The notes beneath the pieces were generated by a model that was given only the letters and a program-made list of their open reading frames with translations, was not told the DNA's origin and did no database searches. DNA of 64,000 bases from assembly GCA_965219085.1 (NCBI GenBank), contig OZ244720.1:288001-352000 (forward strand), written 5' to 3'. Position numbers and translations under genes: made by a program. This DNA is from Dehalococcoidia bacterium (GTDB taxonomy: Bacteria; Chloroflexota; Dehalococcoidia; UBA2979). Positions 33,001 through 43,293 of this stretch are shown piece after piece; position 1 is the stretch's first letter, and every line of letters starts with the position of its first letter.

Positions 33001-36000
33001 GGGCGGCGAGTTCACCGGCGGCGGGTCGCCCACGCGCGCCGAGACCTGCGCGGCCGTCTTGTTCGGGCCGTGGCCGTCCGTGTACGACGCCGTGGCGCGG
33101 ATGTAGTTGCCCCGGTCCTCCTCGAGCGTCGGCGTGTAGGTGGATGCCGTGGCGCCCGCGATATTGACCCAGTCGGTTCTGCCGTTGGGCGAGCGCGACC
33201 ACTGCCAGGTGACGCCGCTGGGGCCGTCGTCATCGCTGAGCGCCGCCGTCACCTCGACGCGGGCCTGCATCGTCCCGGTGTCAGTGGTGAGCGTCACGGT
33301 GCCCGGCTCTTCCACGTTCCCGACGGTAATCGTCACGGACTGCGTGTCGTCCACCGCAGTAGAAGCGTTGCCGAGCTCGTCCAGCCCGTCGTGGACCTCG
33401 ACGGTGACGCTGTGGCTGGGTTTCGCCTCGAAGTCCAGGGCGTCCCGCACCCGGAGCTGGCCCGTCGTCTCCACGATGGTGAAGGCGGCGGCGTCCGCGC
33501 CGCTCAGCGAGTACGTCAGCCCGCCGCTCTCCGGGTCATCCGCCGCCACGGGCGCGCCGATGCTGACACCCGCCCGCGTGTTCTCGGGCACGGTGCGCTG
33601 GCCGTCCTCCGCCGGCGGGAAGGTGGGGCGCTGGTTCTCGCCGAAGACGCGCTGCGACGTGATCCCCTCCGCGCTCTTGCCGCCGCCGCGCCGGTCCGTG
33701 TAGGTGACCGTCGCCCGCAGGAAGAAGCCCGCATCCGCCAGTGTCGTCGTGTAGCCGCTGGACGTGGCCCCCGAGATGTTGGTCCACCCGGTCCGCCCGT
33801 TCTGCGACCGCGCCCACTGCCATTCCGGACCGCTGACGCCGCCGTCGCCGTCCTCGAGGGTTGCGGTCAACGCCGTCGCGACGCCCGGCTCGTCGTCGGA
33901 GAGCGTGACGACCCCGTCCTCCTCCACGTCCACGACGTCGATGGTCGCCGATCTGGTGGCGTCGACGGCGGGCGGGTCTTCGGCGGCGCCGTCGGCATCC
34001 CTGCCGTCGTGCAGCGTCAGGTAGAAGAACAGGGGCCCCGGCGTCGTTTCGAAGTCCAGCGCCTGGGCGAGCCGGACCTGCCCGCTGGAGGGGTCGATCT
34101 CGAACCGCGCGGAGTCTCCGCCCGGCTGGATGCCGTACGTCAGGGTGTCGTTGTCGCGGTCGGTCGCGGTAGTGGGGGCGCCGACGGCCCCGCCGGCGGG
34201 GCCCTCCTCGACAGACCAGCTGCTGTCCCCCCGGAACCGTGGCGGCGCGTTGGCGATGGGGTCAGCCGTTACCTCCGCGGTCTCCTGGCTCAGCGCCGTC
34301 TTCCCGGAGCCTCTCCGATCGGTGTAGGTCACCATGGCGCGGATCGCCTTCCCTGTCACATCCTCGTCAACGACCCAGGGGAAGGTCGTCGCGGCGGGGG
34401 TGAGCACGCCGGAGACCCTCGCCCATGATCCCCCGGTCGCCAGTGATTGGATCACCCAGGTCATGCTGGTGGTGTCGATGCCGCCGTCCGGGTCGGTCAG
34501 CCGGAAGGTCACGGTCTCTCCCGCCGCCGGACTGAGGTTGTCCGCCGTGAGGGTCCCGTCCTCCTCCACGTCCCCGACGGTCACCGTGACGGCGGTGCTG
34601 ACGTCGCGGCGGCTCGAGCCGCTCTGGACGTCGGTGGCGACCACATTGAACTCGTAGACGTTGTCGCCGCCGGAGTCCTCCGGCGCCTCGTAGTCGGGCG
34701 TCGCGGCGAAGGTGACGACGCCGTCGGCGTTGATCGCGAAGTCGTGCCTGTCCGTGCCCGTGAGCGACCAGCTCACGCCGCCCTCCTCGTCGCGGGCGAC
34801 GTAGTCCGCCAGGTCCATCACCACGTAGTTGTCGTTCGCATCGTGCTCATCGAGGGTTATCGCAGTTTCGGGAGTCCCGGTGAACTCCGGGACCTCGTTC
34901 ACGTCGGTCACCGTGACGACGACGGCGTAGTCCGTGGACTTCTGGTCGCTTGCGTCATCGTCGGTCGCCCGCACGGTGACCGAGTACGTGTTGCTGCTGC
35001 CGTCGCCTGCATCGTCGTCGCGAGGGTGCTCGAAGCTGGGCAACGGGCCGTGGCCGAATCCGGCGTCCTGCCTGAAGGTCAGGATGCCCGACGTGGCGCC
35101 GATCTCCAGGTAGGCCGCGTCCGTGCCGAGCAGGGACCAGGCAAACGTGTCCATGTCGTAGTCCGTGGCGGTAAAGGTGTGGACGTCGCGCCGTGTCCCC
35201 GTGAAGTCGTACTCGATCTCCGCGTAGCTCGAAACCGTGTCCTCGTCGATGTCCGGCCGTTCGTTCACGTCGGTGACGGTCACGACGACCTCGATCTCCC
35301 TGGTGTTCACGGGAGAGGCGGTGTCCCTGGCCCTGACGGTGACGTTGTACACGTTGTCCGTGCCGGCATCGTCCGGTATCTCGAAGTTGGGCCGCTGGGC
35401 AAACGACAGGACGCCGGTCGTGCTGTCGATGCTGAAGTCCCCGGCGTCCGTGCCCGTCCTTGACCACGAAATGGTCTGGCCCTCCTCGTCGCGCCCGTCG
35501 TAGTCGGCCACCACGAGGTCCGCGCTCGTGGCGTCGTACTCGATCTCCATGAAGGAAGGAGCGGTATGGCTCGCCGCCGTGGTCGTGATCTCCGGCGTCT
35601 CGTCGACGTTGGTGACGGTCACGATGACCGGGAAGGTTCCGACGCCGCCCTGGCCGTCATCCGCCTGCACTCTAATCAGATATTCGTTGTCGGCGCCGAA
35701 GGGGTTCTCGAAGTCGGGCCGCATGTTGAAGCTGAGGACACCGGTCGAGCTGCCGATATTGAAGTGTGGCGCGTCGTCTCCTAAGCTGGCGAGGCGCCAG
35801 GTGATGGTGTCGGCTGGATTTGTGTCCTCGTCCGTATACGTGTAGGTCTCGATGGTGAGGTCCGGGGAAGTGGCGTCGTACTCGATCTCCGCGAAACTTG
35901 GCGCCGGGTCCCCGAAGATCTCCGGCGCCTCGTTGACGTCGGTTACTGTGACGATGACCACGTGCCCGTCGTGCCCCATTGGAGAGCCGTTGTCCGAGAC

Positions 36001-39000
36001 ATTCACCCCCGCGACGTAGGTGTTGTTCATGGCCGTGTCACCAGCGTCGGTAGGCATCTCGAAGTCGGGGGGGTTCTTGAATGTGAGCACTCCGGTCGTG
36101 GAGTCGATGTCGAATTTGCTACTGTCTGAAATATTGCCCATGGAAAAGGTCAACGTGGTCGACGCGTCCACGTCCGTGGCGTCAAAGTCAACGACGGTCC
36201 CCGTCCCGTTCTCGGCGAAATCGGCCGTGGCCGGCGGCGACGTGAACACAGGCGCTTCATTGACGTTGGTCACCGTGACCGTGAATGTGTGAGTGTCGCT
36301 CATCGCGGGAGAGCCGTTGTCCGTGACCTTCACCGTCACGACGTAGGTGTTGTTCATGGCGGTGTCGCCAACGTCAGTCGGCATCTCGAAGTCCGGGGCG
36401 TTCTTGAATCTGAGCAAGGTGAACGCGCCGGTCGAGACGTTGGTCTCGAACTTTCCTCCGTCGCCGGCGGACTCTATGGACCACGACAGCGTGTCCGACG
36501 CGTCCACGTCCGACGCCGCAAACGTATGGACGGCGGTTGAGTTCTCGGCCACGGACCTGGTCGCCGGGGGAGACGTGATCACCGGCGCCTCGTTGACGTC
36601 GGTCACCGTGACTTGGACCATGAGCGTGGTACCCAGACCGCCGGCGTCCCTGACCCTCACGATCACGTCGTACACGTTGTCGGTGCCGGCGTCGGCCGGA
36701 ATCTCGAAGTTGGGCGCGTTGGCGAACTTGAGCTCCCCGTGCCCGTCGGCGTTCTTCGTGATGGTGAAGTCGCTCGCGTCAGCGCCATGCACGTCCCACG
36801 TAAGCACGCTATTCGCGTCCACGTCTTCCGCTTCGTAGGTCTTGATGACCACCGAGGTTGCCGTGTTCTCGTCAATGTTGAAGCCCGTGTAAGTCGCCGC
36901 AAGGGTCGTGATCTTCGGCGTCTCGTTGACGTTGGTCACCGTGACCGTGAACGTGAGCGTGTCACTCAGGCCGCCGCTGTCGGTGAGCTTCACCGTCACG
37001 ACGTAGGTGTTGTTCCCGGCGGTGTCGCCAACGTCGGTCGGCGCCTCGAAGTCCGGCTGGTCCTTGAAGGAGAGGGTCGAGAGAAAGCCGCTCGCGACCT
37101 GAAACTTGTCCCCGTCGTGGGTGGACTCCACGGACCAAGTCTGCGTATCCGGCACGTCGACGTCCGACGCCATAAGGAGGATAGTTCCGCTGGAGTTCTC
37201 GGGCACGTTGGGTGTATCCAAAAGGTTCGTGATCGTCGGGGCCTCATTGACGTTCGTCAGGTCGATGGTCACCGCGATCGTGTCGTCGATGACGATGTCG
37301 GCGTTGCCGGCGGCGTCCTTGCTGTCGCGCACGTTCACCGTCACGCTGTAGCTGTTCTTCGAGGACTCGAAGTTGAAGGTGTGCGTGGACCCGGTCTTGA
37401 CCTTGATCTGGCCGTCCGAGTCGATCTCGAAGCGAGCTGCGTCCGTGCCGGTCAGCGAGTAGGTCAGCGTGTCGTTGTCGCCGTCCGTGGCCGTGATCGC
37501 ACCCCCGACCACGTTCACCCCGGCGCCGCTGTTCTCCGGCAGGGTGCGCGTGGCCGTCGCGCCGTCGTCGAACGTCGGCTCGGCGTTTGCGGCTCCCGTC
37601 GCTCCCATCAGGGTGGGCGACCACGGCCCCTTGCCCGAGGCGTTCTCCGCCCGCACCTGCACGTCGTATTGTGTGCCGACCTCGAGTCCCGTGACCGTGG
37701 CCGTCAGGTCGCCGGAACTCCACGCCCCCGTCTCGACGGTCCAGTTCGCCTCCATCGTCTCGTCCGCGCTCGTCTCGATGTAGCGCAGATCGTAGGCCGT
37801 CACCGTCGCATCGCCGTCCAGGGCGGGCGCGCTCCATCCGACCGTGAACCCTCGCGCGATCCCCGTCACCGAGTCGATCGCCGGGGCGCCGGGTCGTGTC
37901 GTACCGACGCTGGTGGCGGACCAGGCGCCCGCGCCGGCGTCGTTCACGGCGCGCACCTGCACGTCGTACTGCGTGCCGGTGTCGAGACCCATGAGGTCGT
38001 ACTCCAGGTCCGGGTCGCCGGAGCTCCACACCCCCGTCTCGACGGTCCAGTTGGCGTCCATCGTCTCGTCCTCGCTGGTCTTGATGTAGCGCAGGTCATA
38101 CGACGTGATCTCATCCCCGCCGTCGCTGGTGGGCGCGGTCCACTCGACGGTGAGCGAGCCGTCGGTCCCCGTGACCGCGTCGATCGTCGGAGCGCCGGGC
38201 GTGGTGCGCGGCGTGGCGCTGCGGACGCCCGACCAGGGGTGTTGGTCGGTCCCCACGACCGCCCGTACCTGCATGTCGTAGGAGACGCCGTTGACGAGGC
38301 TGGGCGTCGGGTTGAGGGTGTAATCGAGCGAGCCGGCGGTCCAGATCGACGTGACCACGGTCCAGTTGCCCTCCACCGCCTCGTCCTCGCTGGTCTTGAT
38401 GTAGCGCAGGTTGTAGGACGTGATGGTGCCCAGCATCGCATTGGTGGGCGCGGTCCACTCGATGGTGATCGAGCGGTCGCCGGGAGTGACCGAGTCGATC
38501 GTGGGGGACGTGTCCGTCGTGGGTGTGCCGGTGGCAGTGTCCGACCAGAGGCCGTCGCCGTCGGCGTTCACCGCCCGCACCTGCACGTCGTACTGCACAC
38601 CTCCAATGAGGCCGCTGATCGTGTATTCGAGCGTGTCGCTGGTGGAGGTCCAGGCGTCGTCGACGACCGTCCACTGGCCGTCCGACTTGTCCATCGCGTC
38701 GCTGCGGATGTGCCGCACGTCGTAGGCGGTGATGTCGGACGCGCCCGTGTTGCTCGGGGCTGTCCAGGCGACGGTGAGCGACTCGCTGCCTGCCGCGATC
38801 GAGTCGATCGTGGGCGCGGCGGGTGTCGATCTGTGGCCGTAGGCGGTCAGCTTCCACGACTTGAACGTTCCCGTCGAGCCGTTCGCCGCGTCCGTGATGC
38901 GCAGCGTCCATGTGCCCCCGGCGCTCTCGCCCAGGTGTCTGGCCGAGCCAAGGCGCCACGTGTCGTTCGCTGGATTGCAGCCGCCGGGCGTGAATGGAAA

Positions 39001-41394
39001 GAGCAGCGTGGATGTAGTCCCGGACGGGGACACCAGCTCAACGAGGAGATCGCAGAAGTCCTGATGATTGAAGGTGAGTTCGATTGCCATGTACTCGACG
39101 AACTCGACGGATGACCCGAGCGTGACGCTGCTGGAAACGGCTGACGCGGTGCCCCCCACGGGTGGATCGGGGATGGCCATCTCCGCAGTCGCGCTCGCGC
39201 TGATGTTGAGGAACGAGGGAAGATTCGTCCAGTCGGCGGCCAGGGTAACGGCGGCGCCTGCATCGACTACCCCGAAGCCGTACTCGTGATTGAATGAGTA
39301 TTGGTCCGTGCTGGAGCCGTACTTGAGAGCGCCCTGCGCCCAGCCCGTGTTGGACGTGTCGTTCTTGCGCGCCGATCCGGCGAGGATGAGCTTCACATCG
39401 CGCCAGGTCAGCGTGCTGTTTGCGCCGCGGATCAGCGCGGCGATGCCGGACACGATCGGTGTGGCCGCCGACGTTCCGCCGAACTCCACATACCGGTTGT
39501 GCAGGTCGGTAGACAGGATCCCGGGCAGGCTCTCATCGGCGTCATTGGAGGGGGCGCAGACCCAGAGGTTCGCGCCGAGCTCCGAAAAGGAGCTCCGCAC
39601 ATCGTTGTAGTTGACACCACACGCGACCGTGACCCCGTAGTGGGTCTTCATCTCTTCGAGATTGGCCTGGGAGCTCTGCCGCCCGCTGGTATCCGTGCTC
39701 GGTAGATGGCCATTGCCGGCGAGCCAGACATAGACCACACCCTTGCCGCCGTACCCGGATGTGAGCCCTTCCTCCACCGCCGCCAGCCATTCGGCGTCCA
39801 CAGGTCCGTGGTAGCCGGGGACAATCACGGACCAACTGTTACTGGAGACGGCTGTCGTGTCCGCCTTGTACACCGCGGCATCCGGCCGCGCCGCCCTGAG
39901 TTCGCTCACCTTGAGTATCGACAGGGGGACGGTGTAGCCGTAGACGGTCGCGCGGGGAGCCACGCCCCGGGTGCCGACGTCGTTATCGCGGGCCGCGATG
40001 ATCCCCGTCACGGCCGTACCGTGTTGGCCCAGGGGGATCCGCACAGCCGCGCCGCCGCCGTGGTGGCCCAGCGTATCGTCGTCGGGGTCGCCGCTGTCGT
40101 ACTCGTAGCCGCGGAGGTCGCTGTGCAGGTAATCCAGACCGCTGTCGACGACGAGGACGTTGATGCCCTCCCCCTTCGTCGTCTGCCATGCCTGCTCGAC
40201 GTTGATGTCGAACCCCCCGCCGGCGCCGTATTGATTCGTGTTCTTGAGGTACCACTGGCACCCGTACAGGGGGTCGCTCTGCGCCATCGAGTAGCCCTGG
40301 CACGTCGCCTCATCCATGACCATCTCGGTCGCCACTTGCGGCCCGAGGAGGTATGACCCGGTCTCGCTCGCGGCGGCCGCGAGCCCGACGGTGTACGTCC
40401 CGGCCTTGAGCCGCCCGAGCGCATACAGGCTCAGCCCCTGATCGTCGATCACGCTCCAACCGGGCTTGTTGAGGTAGTACAGGTCGATCTCGGTGCCCTG
40501 GCTGTCGAAGAGGGTGGGAGTGAGCGTCAGGGCGCCGGCCGTGGTAGCGGCCTCCAGGAGCACGTACGTGGCGCTGGCCAGTGTGAACGTGAAGTGATCC
40601 GTATCTCCGGGCGCGTCGATGCGCCCGGGAACCGCGAGTCCAATCGTGATAGTCGTGGCGTCGGCGACCGCGTCGCCGTGGTCGCTCGTCGTGCCGGTGG
40701 AGGTCGCCGACCACAGCCCGGCGTCGTCGGCGGTCGTGGCGCGCACCTGTACGTCGTACCCGGTGCTGTCCCGCAGACCCGTGAGCTGGTACGAGAGGGA
40801 ACCTGACGTCCAGACGCCAGTGACCACGGTCCAGTTCGCGTCGGCTTTGTCGGTTGCCGCGCTCTCGATGTAGCGCGCGTCGTACGAGCTGATCGTTGTC
40901 CCGGTGGCGACCGTGGGGGCGGTCCAGGCGGCTGTGAGCGCACCGGCGCCCGCGACGACCGAGGTGATCGTGGGTCCCGGGATCTGAGGCGTGCCGGTCG
41001 AAGTCGCCGACCACGCGCCGTCGGTCGTGGTCACCGTGCGCATCTGCACGTCGTAGCCGACGCCGTTGTCGAGCCCCTCGAGGGTGTAGGTGAGGTCGCC
41101 CGACCCGGTCGTCCAGATGTTGTCGACCACGGTCCAGTTGGCGTCGGCCTTGTCCGCCGCGTCGCTGCGGATGTAGCGCAGGTCGTAGGCGGTGATGCCG
41201 GTCACGCCTGTGGGCGCGGTCCAGGCTACGGTGAGCGAGCCGTCGGCTGGGGTGACCGAGTCGATGGTGGGGACGGCGGGCGTCTGCGCCTCGGCCCTCC
41301 CGCTGTAGAACACGAGCGACAGCAGCATGACCAGCAGGATCGAGCCTCTTGTCAGGTGTGATATGGAGTCGGTGGCCGTGCCCCGAGGATTCAA
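30061..41394 (-). CDS. Giant secreted modular protein C (3777 aa): FN3, PPC, S8 peptidase plus P-domain, FN3 repeats, many cadherin repeats, conserved C-terminal module
   Basis: Intact ORF with a signal peptide ending AEA-Q; S8 residues VDSG, HGT, AGNG, GGTSAATP; cadherin motifs TDVNEAP and PDFE.P.D. Confidence 0.92.
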   Translation of the reverse strand: MNPRGTATDSISHLTRGSILLVMLLSLVFYSGRAEAQTPAVPTIDSVTPADGSLTVAWTAPTGVTGITAYDLRYIRSDAADKADANWTVVDNIWTTGSGDLTYTLEGLDNGVGYDVQMRTVTTTDGAWSATSTGTPQIPGPTITSVVAGAGALTAAWTAPTVATGTTISSYDARYIESAATDKADANWTVVTGVWTSGSLSYQLTGLRDSTGYDVQVRATTADDAGLWSATSTGTTSDHGDAVADATTITIGLAVPGRIDAPGDTDHFTFTLASATYVLLEAATTAGALTLTPTLFDSQGTEIDLYYLNKPGWSVIDDQGLSLYALGRLKAGTYTVGLAAAASETGSYLLGPQVATEMVMDEATCQGYSMAQSDPLYGCQWYLKNTNQYGAGGGFDINVEQAWQTTKGEGINVLVVDSGLDYLHSDLRGYEYDSGDPDDDTLGHHGGGAAVRIPLGQHGTAVTGIIAARDNDVGTRGVAPRATVYGYTVPLSILKVSELRAARPDAAVYKADTTAVSSNSWSVIVPGYHGPVDAEWLAAVEEGLTSGYGGKGVVYVWLAGNGHLPSTDTSGRQSSQANLEEMKTHYGVTVACGVNYNDVRSSFSELGANLWVCAPSNDADESLPGILSTDLHNRYVEFGGTSAATPIVSGIAALIRGANSTLTWRDVKLILAGSARKNDTSNTGWAQGALKYGSSTDQYSFNHEYGFGVVDAGAAVTLAADWTNLPSFLNISASATAEMAIPDPPVGGTASAVSSSVTLGSSVEFVEYMAIELTFNHQDFCDLLVELVSPSGTTSTLLFPFTPGGCNPANDTWRLGSARHLGESAGGTWTLRITDAANGSTGTFKSWKLTAYGHRSTPAAPTIDSIAAGSESLTVAWTAPSNTGASDITAYDVRHIRSDAMDKSDGQWTVVDDAWTSTSDTLEYTISGLIGGVQYDVQVRAVNADGDGLWSDTATGTPTTDTSPTIDSVTPGDRSITIEWTAPTNAMLGTITSYNLRYIKTSEDEAVEGNWTVVTSIWTAGSLDYTLNPTPSLVNGVSYDMQVRAVVGTDQHPWSGVRSATPRTTPGAPTIDAVTGTDGSLTVEWTAPTSDGGDEITSYDLRYIKTSEDETMDANWTVETGVWSSGDPDLEYDLMGLDTGTQYDVQVRAVNDAGAGAWSATSVGTTRPGAPAIDSVTGIARGFTVGWSAPALDGDATVTAYDLRYIETSADETMEANWTVETGAWSSGDLTATVTGLEVGTQYDVQVRAENASGKGPWSPTLMGATGAANAEPTFDDGATATRTLPENSGAGVNVVGGAITATDGDNDTLTYSLTGTDAARFEIDSDGQIKVKTGSTHTFNFESSKNSYSVTVNVRDSKDAAGNADIVIDDTIAVTIDLTNVNEAPTITNLLDTPNVPENSSGTILLMASDVDVPDTQTWSVESTHDGDKFQVASGFLSTLSFKDQPDFEAPTDVGDTAGNNTYVVTVKLTDSGGLSDTLTFTVTVTNVNETPKITTLAATYTGFNIDENTATSVVIKTYEAEDVDANSVLTWDVHGADASDFTITKNADGHGELKFANAPNFEIPADAGTDNVYDVIVRVRDAGGLGTTLMVQVTVTDVNEAPVITSPPATRSVAENSTAVHTFAASDVDASDTLSWSIESAGDGGKFETNVSTGAFTLLRFKNAPDFEMPTDVGDTAMNNTYVVTVKVTDNGSPAMSDTHTFTVTVTNVNEAPVFTSPPATADFAENGTGTVVDFDATDVDASTTLTFSMGNISDSSKFDIDSTTGVLTFKNPPDFEMPTDAGDTAMNNTYVAGVNVSDNGSPMGHDGHVVIVTVTDVNEAPEIFGDPAPSFAEIEYDATSPDLTIETYTYTDEDTNPADTITWRLASLGDDAPHFNIGSSTGVLSFNMRPDFENPFGADNEYLIRVQADDGQGGVGTFPVIVTVTNVDETPEITTTAASHTAPSFMEIEYDATSADLVVADYDGRDEEGQTISWSRTGTDAGDFSIDSTTGVLSFAQRPNFEIPDDAGTDNVYNVTVRARDTASPVNTREIEVVVTVTDVNERPDIDEDTVSSYAEIEYDFTGTRRDVHTFTATDYDMDTFAWSLLGTDAAYLEIGATSGILTFRQDAGFGHGPLPSFEHPRDDDAGDGSSNTYSVTVRATDDDASDQKSTDYAVVVTVTDVNEVPEFTGTPETAITLDEHDANDNYVVMDLADYVARDEEGGVSWSLTGTDRHDFAINADGVVTFAATPDYEAPEDSGGDNVYEFNVVATDVQSGSSRRDVSTAVTVTVGDVEEDGTLTADNLSPAAGETVTFRLTDPDGGIDTTSMTWVIQSLATGGSWARVSGVLTPAATTFPWVVDEDVTGKAIRAMVTYTDRRGSGKTALSQETAEVTADPIANAPPRFRGDSSWSVEEGPAGGAVGAPTTATDRDNDTLTYGIQPGGDSARFEIDPSSGQVRLAQALDFETTPGPLFFYLTLHDGRDADGAAEDPPAVDATRSATIDVVDVEEDGVVTLSDDEPGVATALTATLEDGDGGVSGPEWQWARSQNGRTGWTNISGATSSGYTTTLADAGFFLRATVTYTDRRGGGKSAEGITSQRVFGENQRPTFPPAEDGQRTVPENTRAGVSIGAPVAADDPESGGLTYSLSGADAAAFTIVETTGQLRVRDALDFEAKPSHSVTVEVHDGLDELGNASTAVDDTQSVTITVGNVEEPGTVTLTTDTGTMQARVEVTAALSDDDGPSGVTWQWSRSPNGRTDWVNIAGATASTYTPTLEEDRGNYIRATASYTDGHGPNKTAAQVSARVGDPPPVNSPPVFPAAEDGQREVEENAADGTAVGAPVEATDLNAGDAAVNDPLVYSLSGTDAASFDIDSGSGQISVAAGAQLDYEGKRTYRVTVEVTDGTDQNGDDDMDAIDDRQNVTITVTNVNEAPVVTGNATPSFVENGSKAVASYTAADPERDTVTWSVSGNDFWISDGGDLYFRSPPDYETQTNYTVTITATDDATTPLSRTLSVTVTVTDAEEVGTITINPLRGWDGTPFRDELYDDDGGIITGTWQWQWQRSSNRSSWEEISGAVSNSYLAGADDVGQYLRLYVTYEDRRGSGKEASAALTGRIEDSADRPISNTVPAFAETAPERSVGQGTAAGRRVGAPVRATDEDTGDVLTYSLSGTDAVLFDIDPATGQILSRAVLDYDPDGTNSYSVQVRVHDGFGPDYQSTDVEVDATIEVTITVTAAPTTGGFVGGGGGGGGPSGPTASEVEFEWNVKRDIEALDSSHDSPTGAWSNGSILWLLENGDGADDAVYAYDLESGERVEEREVELDEKNRAPRGVWSDEETIWVSDSGQNKLFAHDLESGERLPEGDIALAERNRDARGIWSDETTMWVLDGGKDSLFGYDLESGELLAECALDAANDDPRGIWSDGVTVWVSDHGAKRLFAYRLPVLSGEPDADEEGEGDKELERVRDEEFPNTILSKASNNSPRGLWSDGDVMYVADASDGKVYSYNMPDAIDARLASLTMSGVDIGEFSSRETEYTGVAAEGVAETTVEAAAAQSGAGVVIDPPDADGDDANGHQVALDGVGEITITVSSADGSREKTYRVTFGEAGQESTPEPWTHCLRGDISEGFSLVVYEGGSVEDLVGCAESRDVVTLYALHEGVYVSYILGAPEFVNEGFAELFANGVPPFTPLTVQSKGPPSADPNLGDGALLPGPECLRGEISEGFSLVVSEGGSVAELVACAQGLGVTAFYVLHEGVYVSYILGAPESVNEDFAAVFPHGLPALTPLVTKSEGPPEAN

Positions 41395-41490
41395 GGTGGA
41401 GGGTTACCTCGTATCCCGTCGCCGACACAACGCCCTGCCGTCATCGACGGTGCAGACCGGGTCGTGGCTCTCATCCGGTCAGATCGTGAC

Positions 41491-41608
41491 GCTCTCCCGG
41501 CATCGTGGTAAGTGCCGAGCGGCACAATTGGGACGCAAGTTTGTTTGCTCCGAGGGAGAGCGATTCTGCTAGTGAGACAGATACGTTTGCTCTGAAGGTC
41601 GCTTCGCG
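41491..41608 (-). promoter_or_regulatory. Conserved leader element, copy 3 (~95 bp upstream of gene C)
   Basis: GTAAGTGCCGAGCGGCACAA...TTTGTTTGCTCCGAGGGAGAGCGATT...GGTCGCTTCGCG. Confidence 0.6.
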
Positions 41609-41676
41609 AGCTCTGGCTGCGAGAGTTCTGCTGCTCTTCTCATGAGTTAGCGTGAGGGCCTGGAGCTACCTCCGGC

Positions 41677-43099
41677 GAGGTATACCCGAAAGTTGTGGAT
41701 GAGCCAGGAGCGAGAGGAGGCGTACCCTCCCTGAGTCCAGTAGCAGGTGGCCGGTGGAAGCCGGCCGGGAGGAGTACGCCGGATGTTGAGGGTAGTGCAT
41801 GAGGGAGGCGAGCGCGAAGGGAGACCCGGGCCGCAGGTCGGCCTGGACGAGCTCTGCCGCCTGGCCGCCCAGGAGATGCTCGCGGTGGCGCTGGAGGCCG
41901 AGCGCCAAGCCTACCTCGAGCGTTACGCCGCCGCCGTCGATGAGGAAGGGCGGCGGCTCGTCGTGGGCAACGGCCACGCCCGCGCGCGAGAGATCACGAC
42001 CGCCGCGGGCCGCATCGCCGTCCAGGCGCCGCGCATCGATGACCGCCGCGACGGGGAGCGCTACATCTCGGCGCTCCTGCCGCCCTACATGCGGCGCTCG
42101 CCGAAGGTGACCGAGGTGCTGCCGCTGCTCTACCTGCGCGGGCTCTCGACGGGCGACTTCGTCCCGGCGCTGTCGGCCTTCTTCGGCTCGGAGGCGGGCC
42201 TCTCCGCCTCGACCGTGAGCAGGCTCAGCGAGGCGTGGCAGGCGGAGCACGAGCGCTGGCGGCGGCGCAGCCTCGCCGCGGTCGACTACGTCTACCTCTG
42301 GGCGGACGGCGTGCACTTCAACGTGCGCCTCGAGGAGGACCGGCTCTGCTGCCTGGTGCTGGTGGGCGTACGGCCCGACGGCCGCAAGGAACTCGTGGCC
42401 GTGCAGGACGGCTACCGCGAGGACACGCAGTCCTGGCTCGACCTACTGCGGGAGCTGCGCGAGCGCGGCATGCGCGACCCCGAGCTGGCCATCGGCGACG
42501 GGGCGCTCGGCTTCTGGGCGGCGCTCAGGGAGGTCTTCCCCCGCACGGGCGAGCAGCGCTGCTGGGTGCACAAGACCCAGAACGTACTGGCGGCGCTGCC
42601 CAAGCGCGTGCAGGGGGAGGCGAAGCGGGCGCTGCACGCGGTGTCTGGCGCGGCGACGCGCGCCGAGGCGCTCGCTGCGGCGCGCGCCTTCGGCGAGCAG
42701 TTCGCGCAGTGGCCGAAGGCGACGGCGAAGGTCAGCCACGACCTCGAACGACTGCTGGCGTTCCACGACTTCCCCGCCGAGCACCACGTGCACCTGCGCA
42801 CGACGAACCCGATCGAGTCCAGCTTCGCCACGGTGCGGCTGCGCCAGCGCGTCACGAAGGGCGCGGGCTCGCGGTCAGCGGGGCTGGCGATGGCCTACAA
42901 GCTGCTCGACGCGGCGCAACAGCGCTGGCGGCGGGTGAACGCACCCCAGCTCGTCGCCGCCGTCCGGGCCGGCGGCGTCTTCGCCGGCGGGGTGCTACAC
43001 GAGCGACCGGTCAGCCCGGACGGGAGCAACGAAGCAACTCACGGGAGGTACGCCGCCTGATCTCTCCGATCAGCGATCCACAACTCTTGACGATATCTC
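41677..43099 (+). mobile_element. IS256-family element
   Basis: IRs GAGGTATACCCGAAAGTTGTGGAT / ATCCACAACTCTTGACGATATCTC; 8-bp TSD CCTCCGGC at 41669-41676 and 43100-43107. Confidence 0.9.
41783..43060 (+). CDS. IS256-family (Mutator) transposase
   Basis: YLRGLSTGD, YLWADGVHF, IGDGALGFW, QRCWVHK, TTNPIES. Confidence 0.92.
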   Translation: MLRVVHEGGEREGRPGPQVGLDELCRLAAQEMLAVALEAERQAYLERYAAAVDEEGRRLVVGNGHARAREITTAAGRIAVQAPRIDDRRDGERYISALLPPYMRRSPKVTEVLPLLYLRGLSTGDFVPALSAFFGSEAGLSASTVSRLSEAWQAEHERWRRRSLAAVDYVYLWADGVHFNVRLEEDRLCCLVLVGVRPDGRKELVAVQDGYREDTQSWLDLLRELRERGMRDPELAIGDGALGFWAALREVFPRTGEQRCWVHKTQNVLAALPKRVQGEAKRALHAVSGAATRAEALAAARAFGEQFAQWPKATAKVSHDLERLLAFHDFPAEHHVHLRTTNPIESSFATVRLRQRVTKGAGSRSAGLAMAYKLLDAAQQRWRRVNAPQLVAAVRAGGVFAGGVLHERPVSPDGSNEATHGRYAA

Positions 43100-43265
43100 C
43101 CTCCGGCTCGGGTGCGGCCCACTCGGCGTCGACCAGCGGCGCCTCGGCATCCGGCGCGACCTGCTGCGCCTGGGCGAAGACCGACTCGACCGGGTCGATG
43201 TCCTCCTCGCCAGCGACGATCTTCCTCGCCAGCGCGAGCCATCGGGTCGTAGCCGTCGTCCCCGT
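43100..43265 (-). pseudogene. Helicase C-terminal stub (copy 4)
   Basis: LALARKIVAGEEDIDPVESVFAQAQQVA.DAEA.LVDAEWAAPEPE. Confidence 0.7.
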
Positions 43266-43293
43266 GAATGCGACAGGCGCAGACAGGGAGAGG